Made by a program: the position numbers and the translations under genes. Shown one piece after another: positions 8,158-17,256 of a DNA stretch of 18,606 nt. How positions within the stretch are numbered: position 1 is the first letter of the stretch; the number at the start of each line of letters is the position of its first letter. Below the pieces are notes generated by a model that saw only the letters and a list, made by a program, of their open reading frames with translations, was not told the DNA's origin and did no database searches. The DNA is from a virus, in UHGV virus genome UHGV-0096816; one strand, given 5' to 3'.

Positions 8158-8850
8158 TTAATTATGTCTCTTAAGGGTTTGCGACTGACTGATTAAGACC
8201 TTTCCAAAGACCATGAATCGGTGTTCGTTTTCGCTAGTAATTCCCCATTCACGGTAAATCTGGTTATCAGAAATCACCAGCAGTTTGTCAGGAATCATTT
8301 GAAGTCTTTTAACGTATATTTTGTCATCAAAACCAAAGACATATATACCATCACCATCAAACTGATTGATGCTGACATCAACGAAGATGAGATCTCCTGG
8401 CTCAATGGTTGGACACATACTGTCCCCACGAACGTTGATAACTTTGATGTGATTGGCTGGTCGTCCGCCGAACATTGATACAGCATTATCAGTTCTGTAT
8501 TCGATGGCATGAATCACATCAATGACATCACCGCCCTGGATAAGGCCATTTCCCGCACTGGCACTGATATCCAGCATTTCAATACGGAACACATCCTTCA
8601 CCTGCGCAACATCCTCATTATTACTGTTTTTATATACAGTATTACTTTTGTGGGCAGAGGTAAAGAGATCAGCAATATCAACACCTAAGCTCTTGGCAAT
8701 ATTACTCAGTGTTTGTTCGGTAAATTGTTTTTGCTTACCCGTTTCTAAGCGCGAGATGTTCGCCGCATCTACTCCTATCGCTTCAGCGAGATCGGCGATT
8801 TTCATGTTCTTCGCTTGGCGAAGTTGTCTGACTCGGTTTCCTATGTTCAT
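8158..8850 (-). CDS. CI-like prophage repressor (HTH_XRE + S24/LexA-type peptidase domain)
   Basis: N-terminal HTH (LRQAKNMKIADLAEAIGVDAANISRLETGK); C-terminal S24 motifs (VRGDSMCPTIEPGDLIFVD ... YVKRL). Divergent from the cro-like gene. Confidence 0.85.
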   Translation of the reverse strand: MNIGNRVRQLRQAKNMKIADLAEAIGVDAANISRLETGKQKQFTEQTLSNIAKSLGVDIADLFTSAHKSNTVYKNSNNEDVAQVKDVFRIEMLDISASAGNGLIQGGDVIDVIHAIEYRTDNAVSMFGGRPANHIKVINVRGDSMCPTIEPGDLIFVDVSINQFDGDGIYVFGFDDKIYVKRLQMIPDKLLVISDNQIYREWGITSENEHRFMVFGKVLISQSQTLKRHN

Positions 8851-8947
8851 GCGTTTATTACATTTCTTTATTGCGTGATAAGCAAATCAACTTGCGCAAA
8901 ATAATTGCGTGAAATAACATGCATAACGCGCAATATTTGGAGGACGT
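8851..8947. promoter_or_regulatory. OR-like divergent promoter/operator region between repressor and cro-like gene
   Basis: Contains TTGCGTGATAAGCAA (8871-8885), which shares the half-site pattern of the OL 15-mer, plus further TTGCG/CGCAA-containing imperfect sites. Precise -10/-35 elements not resolved. Confidence 0.55.
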
Positions 8948-9208
8948 ATGCAATCACCATTACGAAATGTGCGTAAGGCGCATGGTTTCACTTTGCAGCA
9001 TGTTGCTGCGGGTGTTCAAGTCAATCCAGCGACGTTGAGTCGTATTGAGAGGCTGGAGCAGATTCCATCTATCGAGCTTGCAGAACGTTTAGCCAATTTT
9101 TTTAAGGGTGAAGTCAGCGAAATGCAGATTCTTTATCCGGCACGTTTTCAATCTAGCCAAAACCAGAATGGGTTTAAACCACAGGAACAGGAGGTGAACC
9201 GTGGGTAA
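8948..9208 (+). CDS. Cro-like HTH transcriptional regulator
   Basis: 86-aa ORF divergent from the repressor; HTH-like segment FTLQHVAAGVQVNPATLSRIE. Confidence 0.7.
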   Translation: MQSPLRNVRKAHGFTLQHVAAGVQVNPATLSRIERLEQIPSIELAERLANFFKGEVSEMQILYPARFQSSQNQNGFKPQEQEVNRG

Positions 9209-9752
9209 GCATCACTGGAAAGTAGAAAAACAGCCTGAGTGGTACGTGAAAGCTGTCAGAAAAACTATCGCAGCGTTGCCGGGGGGGTACGCTGAAGCTG
9301 CTGACTGGCTGGATGTAACAGAGAACGCATTATTTAACCGCCTTCGTGCCGATGGCGATCAGATTTTCCCGCTGGGATGGGCAATGATTTTGCAACGTGC
9401 TGGTGGAACTCACTTCATTGCTGACGCTGTGGCGCAGTCTGCAAATGGCGTCTTTGTGTCTCTTCCTGATGTCGAGGATGTGGACAACGCCGATATCAAC
9501 CAACGCCTGCTGGAGGTCATTGAACAGATCGGCAGTTATTCAAAACAGATTCGTTCAGCAATTGAAGACGGTGTAGTGGAACCGCATGAGAAGACAGCAA
9601 TTAACGACGAGCTGTACCTCTCAATTTCGAAGCTGCAGGAGCATGCAGCACTGGTCTACAAAATTTTTTGCATTTCAGAAAGTAATGACGCCCGCGAGTG
9701 TGCAGCTCCGGGCGCCGTGGCGTGTCGTGACTGTGGAGAAACTAACGCATGA
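9201..9752 (+). CDS. early regulatory protein (CII-position; YmfL-like by size and position)
   Basis: GTG start preceded by GGAGG at 7-nt spacing; overlaps the cro-like stop. 183 aa. Function inferred from position only. Confidence 0.5.
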   Translation: MGKHHWKVEKQPEWYVKAVRKTIAALPGGYAEAADWLDVTENALFNRLRADGDQIFPLGWAMILQRAGGTHFIADAVAQSANGVFVSLPDVEDVDNADINQRLLEVIEQIGSYSKQIRSAIEDGVVEPHEKTAINDELYLSISKLQEHAALVYKIFCISESNDARECAAPGAVACRDCGETNA

Positions 9753-10087
9753 ACAGTTTAACAACACACTACCGTCGCTCGCAACTGATTGCACTTCCTG
9801 TACCGGGTGGAAAAGCGAAGGTGGAGTATTGCTATGCAGTGAATGTACCAGGTGACAGGGAAATTGTAACCCACAGCTTTGCAGAGTGGGCTGTGGGTGA
9901 TTTCAACAGGCAAAAGGAGACAGTCCTTTGCGACAAGTTAACCGCTGGTTCAAAGATCACTACGGAGTGCCCGTCAGAGTCATTCATTGGGAACCGGAAA
10001 CACAACGGGTTATCTACCTCCGCGAAGGCTATGAGCATGAGTGCTTCAGCCCGCTCGAACAGTTTCGTCGTAAATTCAGGGAAATAG
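9749..10087 (+). CDS. hypothetical protein (112 aa)
   Basis: ATGA start/stop overlap with the upstream gene suggests translational coupling. A competing ORF in another frame (9586..9855) makes this uncertain. Confidence 0.4.
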   Translation: MNSLTTHYRRSQLIALPVPGGKAKVEYCYAVNVPGDREIVTHSFAEWAVGDFNRQKETVLCDKLTAGSKITTECPSESFIGNRKHNGLSTSAKAMSMSASARSNSFVVNSGK

Positions 10088-10096
10088 AGGTCGGTC

Positions 10097-11038
10097 ATGA
10101 GCACTAAATTAACCGGCTATGTATGGGATGGTTGCGCTGCGTCAGGCATGAAGTTATCCAGCGTGGCAATTATGGCCCGCCTGGCTGATTTCAGTAATGA
10201 CGAAGGTGTGTGCTGGCCATCAATTGAAACCATTGCCCGCCAGATTGGCGCGGGGATGAGCACCGTCAGAACGGCTATCGCACGGCTGGAAGCAGAAGGC
10301 TGGTTAACGCGTAAGGCGCGTCGCCAGGGTAACCGCAATGCGTCGAATGTTTATCAGCTTAACGTTGCGAAGCTTCAGGCAGCGGCATTTTCTCAACTGT
10401 CAGATTCTGACCCGTCAAAATCTGACGCATCAAAATCTGACCCGTCAAAATTTGATGCGTCGAAATCTGGCAAAAAAGCGGGTTTTCACCCGTCAGAATC
10501 TGGCGGGGATCCGTCAGTAAAATCAAAACATGATCCGTCAGATAAAAAACCTTCTCGTCCGGACGCTTCGCAACCGGACACGCAGACGGATGAACAGGAT
10601 TTTTTAACTCGCCATCCTGATGCGGTTGTATTCAGCCCTAAAAAGCGCCAGTGGGGAACGCAGGATGATTTGACCTGCGCACAGTGGTTCTGGAAAAAAA
10701 TCATCGCCCTGTACGAGCAGGCTGCCGAATGTGACGGCGAGGTGGTTCGTCCCAAAGAACCGAACTGGACAGCCTGGGCAAACGAAATTCGCCTGATGTG
10801 TGTGCAGGATGGTCGTACTCACAAACAAATCTGCGAGATGTACAGCCGCGTCAGCCGCGATCCGTTCTGGTGCCGTAACGTGCTCAGCCCGTCGAAGCTG
10901 CGGGAAAAATGGGATGAGCTTTCCCTGCGCTTATCACCGTCCGTCAGCACGTACACCGAAAAACGCGAAGACCCGTACTTCAAATCCAGTTACGACAACG
11001 TGGACTACAGCCAGATCCCGGCAGGATTCAGGGGGTGA
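10097..11038 (+). CDS. replication initiator (lambda O-like organiser with N-terminal winged-helix domain)
   Basis: N-terminal region GVCWPSIETIARQIGAGMSTVRTAIARLEAEGWL is typical of phage replication-initiator HTH domains. A repetitive acidic Ser/Asp/Lys linker is encoded by iteron-like DNA repeats. GAGG RBS before the ATG. Confidence 0.65.
   Translation: MSTKLTGYVWDGCAASGMKLSSVAIMARLADFSNDEGVCWPSIETIARQIGAGMSTVRTAIARLEAEGWLTRKARRQGNRNASNVYQLNVAKLQAAAFSQLSDSDPSKSDASKSDPSKFDASKSGKKAGFHPSESGGDPSVKSKHDPSDKKPSRPDASQPDTQTDEQDFLTRHPDAVVFSPKKRQWGTQDDLTCAQWFWKKIIALYEQAAECDGEVVRPKEPNWTAWANEIRLMCVQDGRTHKQICEMYSRVSRDPFWCRNVLSPSKLREKWDELSLRLSPSVSTYTEKREDPYFKSSYDNVDYSQIPAGFRG
10398..10545. repeat. iteron-like direct repeats (about 8 copies of a CGTCAAAATCTGAC-like unit) inside the O-like gene; putative origin of replication
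   Basis: Degenerate repeats of gtcagattctgac / cgtcaaaatctgac / catcaaaatctgac / cgtcaaaatttgatg / cgtcgaaatctgg / cgtcagaatctgg / ccgtcagtaaaatc / ccgtcagataaaaaac, as for ori-lambda within O. Confidence 0.55.
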
Positions 11039-11040
11039 TC

Positions 11041-11529
11041 ATGAGTCTTTTGAATGAAGTTCAGAAATTCATTGAAGCCCATCCGGGATGTACTTCCGGA
11101 GACATTGCGGATGCTTTTGCAGGTTACTCACGGCAGCGCGTTCTGCAGTCAGCAAGCAAGTTACGTCAGAGTGGGCGTGTGGCTCACCGTTGTGAAGGAG
11201 ATACACGCAGACATTTCCCGCGCCTGACTGAGAGAGCGCAGGAACCGGAACCACAACCAGTTCGAGAAACCAGACCTGTGCGCAATTTCTATGTCGGCAC
11301 TAACGATCCACGGGTGATTTTGTGCCTGACCCGCCAGGCTGAAGAACTGGAGTCCAGGGGCTTATACCGTCGTGCTGCAACCGTGTGGATGGCGGCATTC
11401 CGTGAAAGCCACTCCCAGCCAGAACGAAACAATTTTCTGGCGCGTCGTGAGCAGTGTTTACGGAAAAGCAGCAAGCGCGCTGTATCGGGTGATGAGTGGT
11501 ATCTGTCAGGGAATTACGTGGGGGCTTAA
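11041..11529 (+). CDS. hypothetical protein (163 aa)
   Basis: ATG preceded by AGGGGG RBS, 2 nt after the O-like stop. No motif recognised with confidence. Confidence 0.5.
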   Translation: MSLLNEVQKFIEAHPGCTSGDIADAFAGYSRQRVLQSASKLRQSGRVAHRCEGDTRRHFPRLTERAQEPEPQPVRETRPVRNFYVGTNDPRVILCLTRQAEELESRGLYRRAATVWMAAFRESHSQPERNNFLARREQCLRKSSKRAVSGDEWYLSGNYVGA

Positions 11530-12182
11530 TGAGTAATAAATATTACCAGGAGCTGGTGGAACTGCGGAACAAACCAGCCCATGAACTGAAGGAAGTGGGT
11601 GATCAGTGGCGCACGCCGGACAACATTTTCTGGGGAATTAACACCCTGTTTGGCCCGTTTGTTCTGGATCTGTTCACTGACGGTGATAACGCCAAATGTG
11701 CTGCGTATTACACGGCGGAAGACAACGCGCTGGCGCATGACTGGTCAGAACGTCTTGCGGAGCTTAAAGGGGCTGCCTTTGGTAATCCCCCATACAGCCG
11801 CGCCAGTCAGCATGAGGGGCAATACATCACCGGCATGCGTTACATCATGAAACATGCCAGTGCCATGCGTGATAAGGGTGGGCGCTATGTTTTCCTGATC
11901 AAAGCTGCCACCAGCGAAGTGTGGTGGCCGGAAGATGCGGACCATATTGCTTTTATTCGCGGGCGTATTGGTTTTGAACTGCCTGCCTGGTTTATCCCGA
12001 AGGATGAGAAGCAGGTGCCGACAGGCGCTTTCTTCGCTGGTGCTATTGCTGTTTTCGACAAGACCTGGAAGGGACCGGCAATCAGCTACATCGGGCGCGA
12101 TGAACTTGAGGCATGTGGTGAGGCGTTTCTGGTGCAGGTTCGCCAGCAGGCGGAAAAACTGGTCAGGGAGATGGCGGCATGA
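11529..12182 (+). CDS. phage Dam-type N6-adenine DNA methyltransferase
   Basis: Motif IV FGNPPYS (NPPY); size and layout typical of small phage orphan adenine methyltransferases. Start at MSNKYYQ overlapping the upstream stop (TAATG). Confidence 0.7.
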   Translation: MSNKYYQELVELRNKPAHELKEVGDQWRTPDNIFWGINTLFGPFVLDLFTDGDNAKCAAYYTAEDNALAHDWSERLAELKGAAFGNPPYSRASQHEGQYITGMRYIMKHASAMRDKGGRYVFLIKAATSEVWWPEDADHIAFIRGRIGFELPAWFIPKDEKQVPTGAFFAGAIAVFDKTWKGPAISYIGRDELEACGEAFLVQVRQQAEKLVREMAA

Positions 12183-12505
12183 CGACGTTAACTCAATGCC
12201 AGCAGCAGGTGCTGGATATGCTGATTTCTTACCAGAAAGAGCGTGGCTTTCCGCCAACCAATCAGGAGGTGGCAACCATGCTGGGATACCGTTCAGTGAA
12301 TGCAGCGGTAGAGCATCTTCGTGCACTGGAGAAAAAAGGCGTCATCACGATAAAGCGTGGCGTGGCCCGGGGGATAACGCTTCATACCGCGGTGAAGGAC
12401 GACGACAGCGAGGCGGTCGGGATTATCCGCGCACTGCTTGCCGGTGAGGAAAACGCCAGGCTGCGTGCAGCCCACTGGTTACATGAGAGGGGCCTGAAAG
12501 TATGA
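12179..12505 (+). CDS. LexA N-terminal-domain-like DNA-binding protein (no peptidase domain)
   Basis: LTQCQQQVLDMLISYQKERGFPPTNQEVATMLGYRSVNAAVEHLRALEKKGVITIKRGVARGITL aligns closely, by recall, with the E. coli LexA N-terminus ([65 protein letters not shown]). Confidence 0.7.
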   Translation: MTTLTQCQQQVLDMLISYQKERGFPPTNQEVATMLGYRSVNAAVEHLRALEKKGVITIKRGVARGITLHTAVKDDDSEAVGIIRALLAGEENARLRAAHWLHERGLKV

Positions 12506-12891
12506 AGCTGATCCTGCCTTTCCCGCCCAGCGTGAACACGTACTGGCGACACCCCAACAAAGGGGCGTTTGCTGGTAAGAGCCTGATAAGCGCGGCGGGG
12601 CGAAAATTCCAGAGCGCGGCGTGTGCAGCAATAGTTGAGCAGTTACGTCGTCTGCCGAAACCAACGTCGGCACCTGCTTCAGTGGAGATCGTGTTGTTTC
12701 CTCCGGATAAGCGGATCCGCGATCTGGACAACTATAACAAGGCGCTGTTTGACGCCCTGACCCACGCGGGTGTGTGGGAAGACGACAGACAGGTGAAAAG
12801 AATGCTGGTGGAGTGGGGACCGGTTATCCCGAAAGGGAAGGTCGAGATCACTATCAGTAAGTATGAGAAACCGGCGGGTGCAGCCGCCTGA
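12502..12891 (+). CDS. rusA: RusA-family Holliday junction resolvase
   Basis: N-terminal LPFPPSVNTYWRH and catalytic-region RDLDNYNKALFDALT motifs match RusA; 129 aa. Confidence 0.8.
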   Translation: MKLILPFPPSVNTYWRHPNKGAFAGKSLISAAGRKFQSAACAAIVEQLRRLPKPTSAPASVEIVLFPPDKRIRDLDNYNKALFDALTHAGVWEDDRQVKRMLVEWGPVIPKGKVEITISKYEKPAGAAA

Positions 12892-12910
12892 TTAAGAGGA
12901 GAAACGAAGT

Positions 12911-13720
12911 ATGAATAATCTGATGGTCATTGATGGTATTGAAGTTCGTCGTGATGCTTATGGGCGTTACAGCCTGAACGATCTGCATCGCGCAGCAGTA
13001 GCATCTGGTGCAAATGCCAGAACCAAGGAGCCGGGAAAGTTTCTTTCCAGCCAACAAACTGTTGAGCTTGTTCATGAATTGACCAACACCCAGAATTTGG
13101 GTGTTGACCCGGTGAGTGTGATTCATGGGGGAAATGAACGGGGAACTTATGTCTGCAAGGAACTGGTGTATGCCTATGCAATGTGGATCAGCCCGTCATT
13201 CCATCTGAAGGTGATCCGTACTTTCGACATGGTAACCAGCGCACCGGAAAAATTATCCGGACAGGCTGCTGACAAGATGCAGGCTGGTGTGATTCTGCTG
13301 GACTTTATGCGTCGGGAGTTAAACCTGTCTAACTCATCTGTGCTTTGTGCCTGTCAGAAACTCCAGGAGGCTGTTGGCTTACCGAATCTGGCACCGCGCT
13401 ATGCCATTGATGCTCCTGCTGATGCACACGATGGCTCAAGTCGCCCGACACTGTCACTGAGTGCACTGCTGAAACAGTATGGTATCCGCCTGACGGCTAA
13501 TCAGGCATATCACCAGATGGCGAAGCTGGGGATCGTTGAACAACGCGAACGATACAGTCGTACCGCGATTAACAACATCAAAAAATTCTGGTCGCTGACA
13601 GCGAAAGGCTGCATGTTCGGCAAGAACATCACCAGTCCCGCAAATCCGCGCGAGACGCAGCCGCATTTCTTCGAATCCCGATTCCCTGAGCTGTTAAAGC
13701 TGCTCGATACCGTTCATTGA
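12911..13720 (+). CDS. KilA-N domain protein (antirepressor-like)
   Basis: N-terminal pattern IDGIEVRRDAYGRYSLNDLHRAAVASGANARTKEPGKFL is consistent with the KilA-N/APSES-type fold; GGAG RBS. Confidence 0.55.
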   Translation: MNNLMVIDGIEVRRDAYGRYSLNDLHRAAVASGANARTKEPGKFLSSQQTVELVHELTNTQNLGVDPVSVIHGGNERGTYVCKELVYAYAMWISPSFHLKVIRTFDMVTSAPEKLSGQAADKMQAGVILLDFMRRELNLSNSSVLCACQKLQEAVGLPNLAPRYAIDAPADAHDGSSRPTLSLSALLKQYGIRLTANQAYHQMAKLGIVEQRERYSRTAINNIKKFWSLTAKGCMFGKNITSPANPRETQPHFFESRFPELLKLLDTVH

Positions 13721-13721
13721 G

Positions 13722-14717
13722 GTGACCGTGAGAGCACTACTGACCCCTGAAATTGCCCCACGTATGGGGATCGTATTGTTCAGACCAGGTTCAGAGCTGA
13801 TGCCCCTGTTTATGCAGGGGCGTGTCCTGCTGGAGCCTGAGCCGGAACGTTATTCATCTTTTGCCAGTGGTGCCGTTCCGGCGGCATCACAAACGCTGGC
13901 GGATGATCCTGCCGTTCGGGCCGTGTTCCGCAATGAGACAGTGATCCGTCGTGCTGGTGGGGTGGAATGTCTTGAAAGCTGGTTACTTCGTGAAAAAGGC
14001 TGCCAGTGGCCTCATTCCGACTGGCACAGCGAGAACATGACCACAATGCGACACGCTCCGGGCGCAATCCGTCTGTGCTGGCACTGCGATAACCAGCTGC
14101 GCGATCAGTTCACGGAACGGCTGGAATCAATGGCAACGGATAACTGTGCCCGCTGGATGTTGTCTGTTGTGCGTCGGGATCTCGGTTTTGATGATAGTCA
14201 CGTTGTGACAATGCCGGAACTGTGCTGGTGGCTGATTCGTAATGACTTGGCGGATGCCTTACCGGAAAGTGCAGCCCGTAAGGCACTGAGATTACCAAAG
14301 CCTGTTGTGCCGTCTGTCACCCGGGAAAGTGACCTTGTGCCTTCGGTTCCTGCCACCAGCATCATCCAGGATAAGGCAAAAAAGGTGCTGGCGCTGAAAG
14401 TGGATCCGGAGTCGCCGGAGTCTTTTATGTTACGCCCAAAACGTCGCCGCTGGGTTAATGAAAAGTACACGCGCTGGGTTAAGACACAGCCGTGTGCATG
14501 TTGTGGAAAGCCTGCTGATGATCCCCACCACCTGATAGGCCATGGTCAGGGTGGAATGGGTACAAAAGCGCATGACCTCTTTGTGTTGCCTTTGTGCAGA
14601 AAGCATCACGACGAGCTGCATGCGGATACCGTGGCATTTGAAGAGAAGTATGGTTCCCAGTTGGAGCTGATATTTCGTTTTATCGATCGTGCGCTGGCAA
14701 TTGGCGTGCTGGCCTGA
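13722..14717 (+). CDS. nin-region protein with C-terminal Cys/His-rich putative zinc-binding (DUF968-like) domain
   Basis: C-terminus CACCGKPADDPHHL ... LCRKHHDELH. GTG start as in the ORF track; an internal ATG start 14 codons downstream is an alternative. Confidence 0.5.
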   Translation: MTVRALLTPEIAPRMGIVLFRPGSELMPLFMQGRVLLEPEPERYSSFASGAVPAASQTLADDPAVRAVFRNETVIRRAGGVECLESWLLREKGCQWPHSDWHSENMTTMRHAPGAIRLCWHCDNQLRDQFTERLESMATDNCARWMLSVVRRDLGFDDSHVVTMPELCWWLIRNDLADALPESAARKALRLPKPVVPSVTRESDLVPSVPATSIIQDKAKKVLALKVDPESPESFMLRPKRRRWVNEKYTRWVKTQPCACCGKPADDPHHLIGHGQGGMGTKAHDLFVLPLCRKHHDELHADTVAFEEKYGSQLELIFRFIDRALAIGVLA

Positions 14718-14735
14718 TTTTTTCGGAGAAAGTTG

Positions 14736-15122
14736 ATGCGTAATATACAGATGATCCTTGAACGTTGGGGGGCATGGGCAGCGAGTGATAGCTCAGGAGT
14801 TGACTATTCGTCTATAGCTGCTGGGTTTAAGGGGCTTCTTCCATATACCAGAAAGACACGTCTAGCTTGTTCAGATAGTGATGCATTAATTATTGAAGGT
14901 AGCCTTGCTCTTCTTAAGAAGAGAAAACCGTACGAACATTCTTTGATTGTGGCTCATTACCTGTATGGCATCTCGAAAAGAAAGATCGCAAAGGCACGTA
15001 ATAAAGACGAAAAATTGATACGTATCGAGATACAGGTTGCTGAAGGTTTTATCGATGGCTGCCTAAGTATGCTGGATGTGAAACTTGAAATGGATGACTA
15101 CTCTGAGTCTCCTGTAGCATGA
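14736..15122 (+). CDS. late-gene antiterminator Q (phage-82/QuuD-like family)
   Basis: MRNIQMILERWGAWAA ... SSIAAGFKGLLP resembles the N-terminus of enterobacterial Q antiterminators as recalled. GGAGAAAG RBS; located upstream of the lysis genes. Confidence 0.65.
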   Translation: MRNIQMILERWGAWAASDSSGVDYSSIAAGFKGLLPYTRKTRLACSDSDALIIEGSLALLKKRKPYEHSLIVAHYLYGISKRKIAKARNKDEKLIRIEIQVAEGFIDGCLSMLDVKLEMDDYSESPVA

Positions 15123-15733
15123 AATAATGAAACGACCATATGTCTTACATAATATGGTTGATTTGTAGCTGGATGCAATGTTGTACTCATGAATCGCAAG
15201 GGATTATCCTCGTCGGTTGTAATTTTTGCATCAGCTACTTCCTGCTGAAGATGCTTTCGCCAGTCATCAAGTCTCTCGCCAGATTTCTTAATTTTACAGT
15301 AAATGATAATGCCACCATGGTTGTCACGCGCAGTGCCAGTGCCATATCGCTCGTTGAGCTGGTTCCATCCACCTAAGATGTACGCAGGACCTTTCCATAA
15401 TTTAGCTTCGCCAATCCATGCAAATCGGCCGAGCTGATGTTTAACTAATATATCTATATGCCCTCCATGCTGAGTGTCATGTTCAGCGTCATAATTACGG
15501 CCTTTCAAAAAAGCAATAATAACTGATGTGAGCTCATCTTCACCCCACTGCTGTGTTTGATACATATGTTTTTGGGTTTCCAAAACATACATCGCGTCAT
15601 CAAGGTCAACGTAAAGTTGCTTCACGAAATCGTCGTGACTTGCTGCAAATTTTCGCTTAAGAAAACCAGACAATTCAGGGTCAAATTGACTTAAGGTGTC
15701 TAATTGGGCAAGGTTGAAATTACATTCACTCAT
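15098..15733 (-). CDS. cassette gene 3: hypothetical protein with PD-(D/E)xK-like nuclease motif (candidate effector)
   Basis: Segment GEDELTSVIIAF ... GGHIDILVKHQLGRFAWIGEAKLWKG gives an E ... D ... ExK spacing typical of PD-(D/E)xK nucleases. Its 3' end overlaps the Q 3' end convergently by 25 nt. Confidence 0.55.
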   Translation of the reverse strand: MSECNFNLAQLDTLSQFDPELSGFLKRKFAASHDDFVKQLYVDLDDAMYVLETQKHMYQTQQWGEDELTSVIIAFLKGRNYDAEHDTQHGGHIDILVKHQLGRFAWIGEAKLWKGPAYILGGWNQLNERYGTGTARDNHGGIIIYCKIKKSGERLDDWRKHLQQEVADAKITTDEDNPLRFMSTTLHPATNQPYYVRHMVVSLFHATGDSE

Positions 15734-16148
15734 GTAATTCCTCCAAAGCCTCAGTAGGAGTGAAGTATGGGAACAAATAATGATTATAATTATCGACTAA
15801 TTGACCACTGTAAGGATGATAAAACTTACCTGTATGAAGCGCATGAGACACGTCATCATCATCGACGGGAATAGGATCACTATCGTCAGACTCGATATAC
15901 TGGAAATGCATATCTAGCAAGTGCATTCTGTTGCTCGAAAGATAGTCAGTTACTTTGATCAGTAAAACTTTGGCATCGTTATTTTGCACATCAAGCTTAG
16001 TACCATTAACCAAACTTACATATGTTATGTGTTTCAGTGACTTAGCTTCTTTGCTGGTTAAAAAATCAACCACAACACGACATAAATCTCCAACCGGCCC
16101 ATGTAGGTCGTGGTTGATTTTCGAGTATATGTCGTGTTTAGTTAACAT
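15726..16148 (-). CDS. cassette gene 2: hypothetical small acidic protein (about 140 aa)
   Basis: ATG preceded by AAGAG RBS; acidic stretch ESDDSDPIPVDDDD; overlaps gene 3 start by 8 nt. Confidence 0.5.
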   Translation of the reverse strand: MLTKHDIYSKINHDLHGPVGDLCRVVVDFLTSKEAKSLKHITYVSLVNGTKLDVQNNDAKVLLIKVTDYLSSNRMHLLDMHFQYIESDDSDPIPVDDDDVSHALHTGKFYHPYSGQLVDNYNHYLFPYFTPTEALEELHE

Positions 16149-16158
16149 AATCAACTCT

Positions 16159-17256
16159 TTATGCAGCCTCGTCAGTGGCTCGCTTTCTCTGTATGCTTGA
16201 TAGTGACTCTAACATCTTGTTGATTACAAACAAAATATGCTCAATTGAGGAGCAACGATCTATGATTGCATCATAAAGGTGACTGTTCGGTTTATCAATC
16301 ATAGCCCGTTTACCTGGCAGTATTAATTCTACAGGGAAAACTTGAGAAGCTGAATCAGTCAGATCCCAAATTTTACCGAGTTTGTATTTCGTTAGTATGG
16401 GACTTGCCTCTTCGCCCCCATGATGGTAGCTGTCTGAGCGCAAGCAGCTTTCACCCGGACGGAGTTTTAATGAGCTGGTGTTTCCATCTGATGTAAGAAA
16501 TGACATCTGCGAGATTCTACCATCTGTTTGCTCGTACATTTCTTGTACTAATCCAAAGAGGTCAATGGGCGCAGGTAAAGTCAAACCAGTAGTAGTTCTA
16601 ATAAACTGATCAAGCAAAAATTGCTGTCGTTCCGACTCTGAACGAGGCATCACAGATAAATCAACAGTGAGCGCAAGTAAATGCAACTCGGGTAGAATCA
16701 TTATTGTATTAAAGCACTGTGTAACTTCACGTGTTTTACATTTGATTTCACCACCATTGGAGCGAAGAGCTAGCCCAGCATCGCTTAAATGGGTCGCGTC
16801 GAGTTCAATAGTTTCTGTGTAGTATGCTTTCGACGTAAGAATCGTTGTTTCTAAAGAAACTTTGTTTACGACAGAAAATGTAGTTTCTAAAAAATGAAGA
16901 TCTGTATCAGCTGCAAGCAACACATCTTTAGGCAAAGGATATGGATAGCTTTCGCAAAAAACGGATTCGTCTCTTTCTAGGGCATTTATATTCTCCCGTA
17001 GAGTTTGCACTTCTTCCGGTTCTAACTTATACAGCTTAACTAAACGGGTCCCACTCAATAGTAAATTTTGCCATACTTCACCTATATGAGTACTTACAGC
17101 TTCCTGATCTACATCTTCTGTTGCTTGGAGCCTCGCGATAAATGGGTCAAGGCCAACTGATGTGACACCAAGTGGTTCCCCCACAATTTTTTTTGTGAGC
17201 TTCCATCCAACACGTTCGGTGATATCTCTTAAAAGGTTGATCGTTTGCTCATTCAT
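16159..17256 (-). CDS. cassette gene 1: hypothetical protein (about 365 aa), candidate sensor or scaffold component
   Basis: Start set at ATG (MNEQTINLL...); the ORF track extends to a TTG at 17298. No recognisable catalytic motif. AT-rich. Stop is 10 nt from the start of the next gene. Confidence 0.55.
   Translation of the reverse strand: MNEQTINLLRDITERVGWKLTKKIVGEPLGVTSVGLDPFIARLQATEDVDQEAVSTHIGEVWQNLLLSGTRLVKLYKLEPEEVQTLRENINALERDESVFCESYPYPLPKDVLLAADTDLHFLETTFSVVNKVSLETTILTSKAYYTETIELDATHLSDAGLALRSNGGEIKCKTREVTQCFNTIMILPELHLLALTVDLSVMPRSESERQQFLLDQFIRTTTGLTLPAPIDLFGLVQEMYEQTDGRISQMSFLTSDGNTSSLKLRPGESCLRSDSYHHGGEEASPILTKYKLGKIWDLTDSASQVFPVELILPGKRAMIDKPNSHLYDAIIDRCSSIEHILFVINKMLESLSSIQRKRATDEAA

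Noticed and set aside
11745-12475. Minus-strand ORFs 11745..12326 (193 aa) and 12293..12475 overlapping the Dam, LexA-like and RusA genes
   Set aside because: Antisense to a run of translationally coupled plus-strand genes with recognisable motifs; no RBS; GC-rich region readily yields long spurious ORFs.
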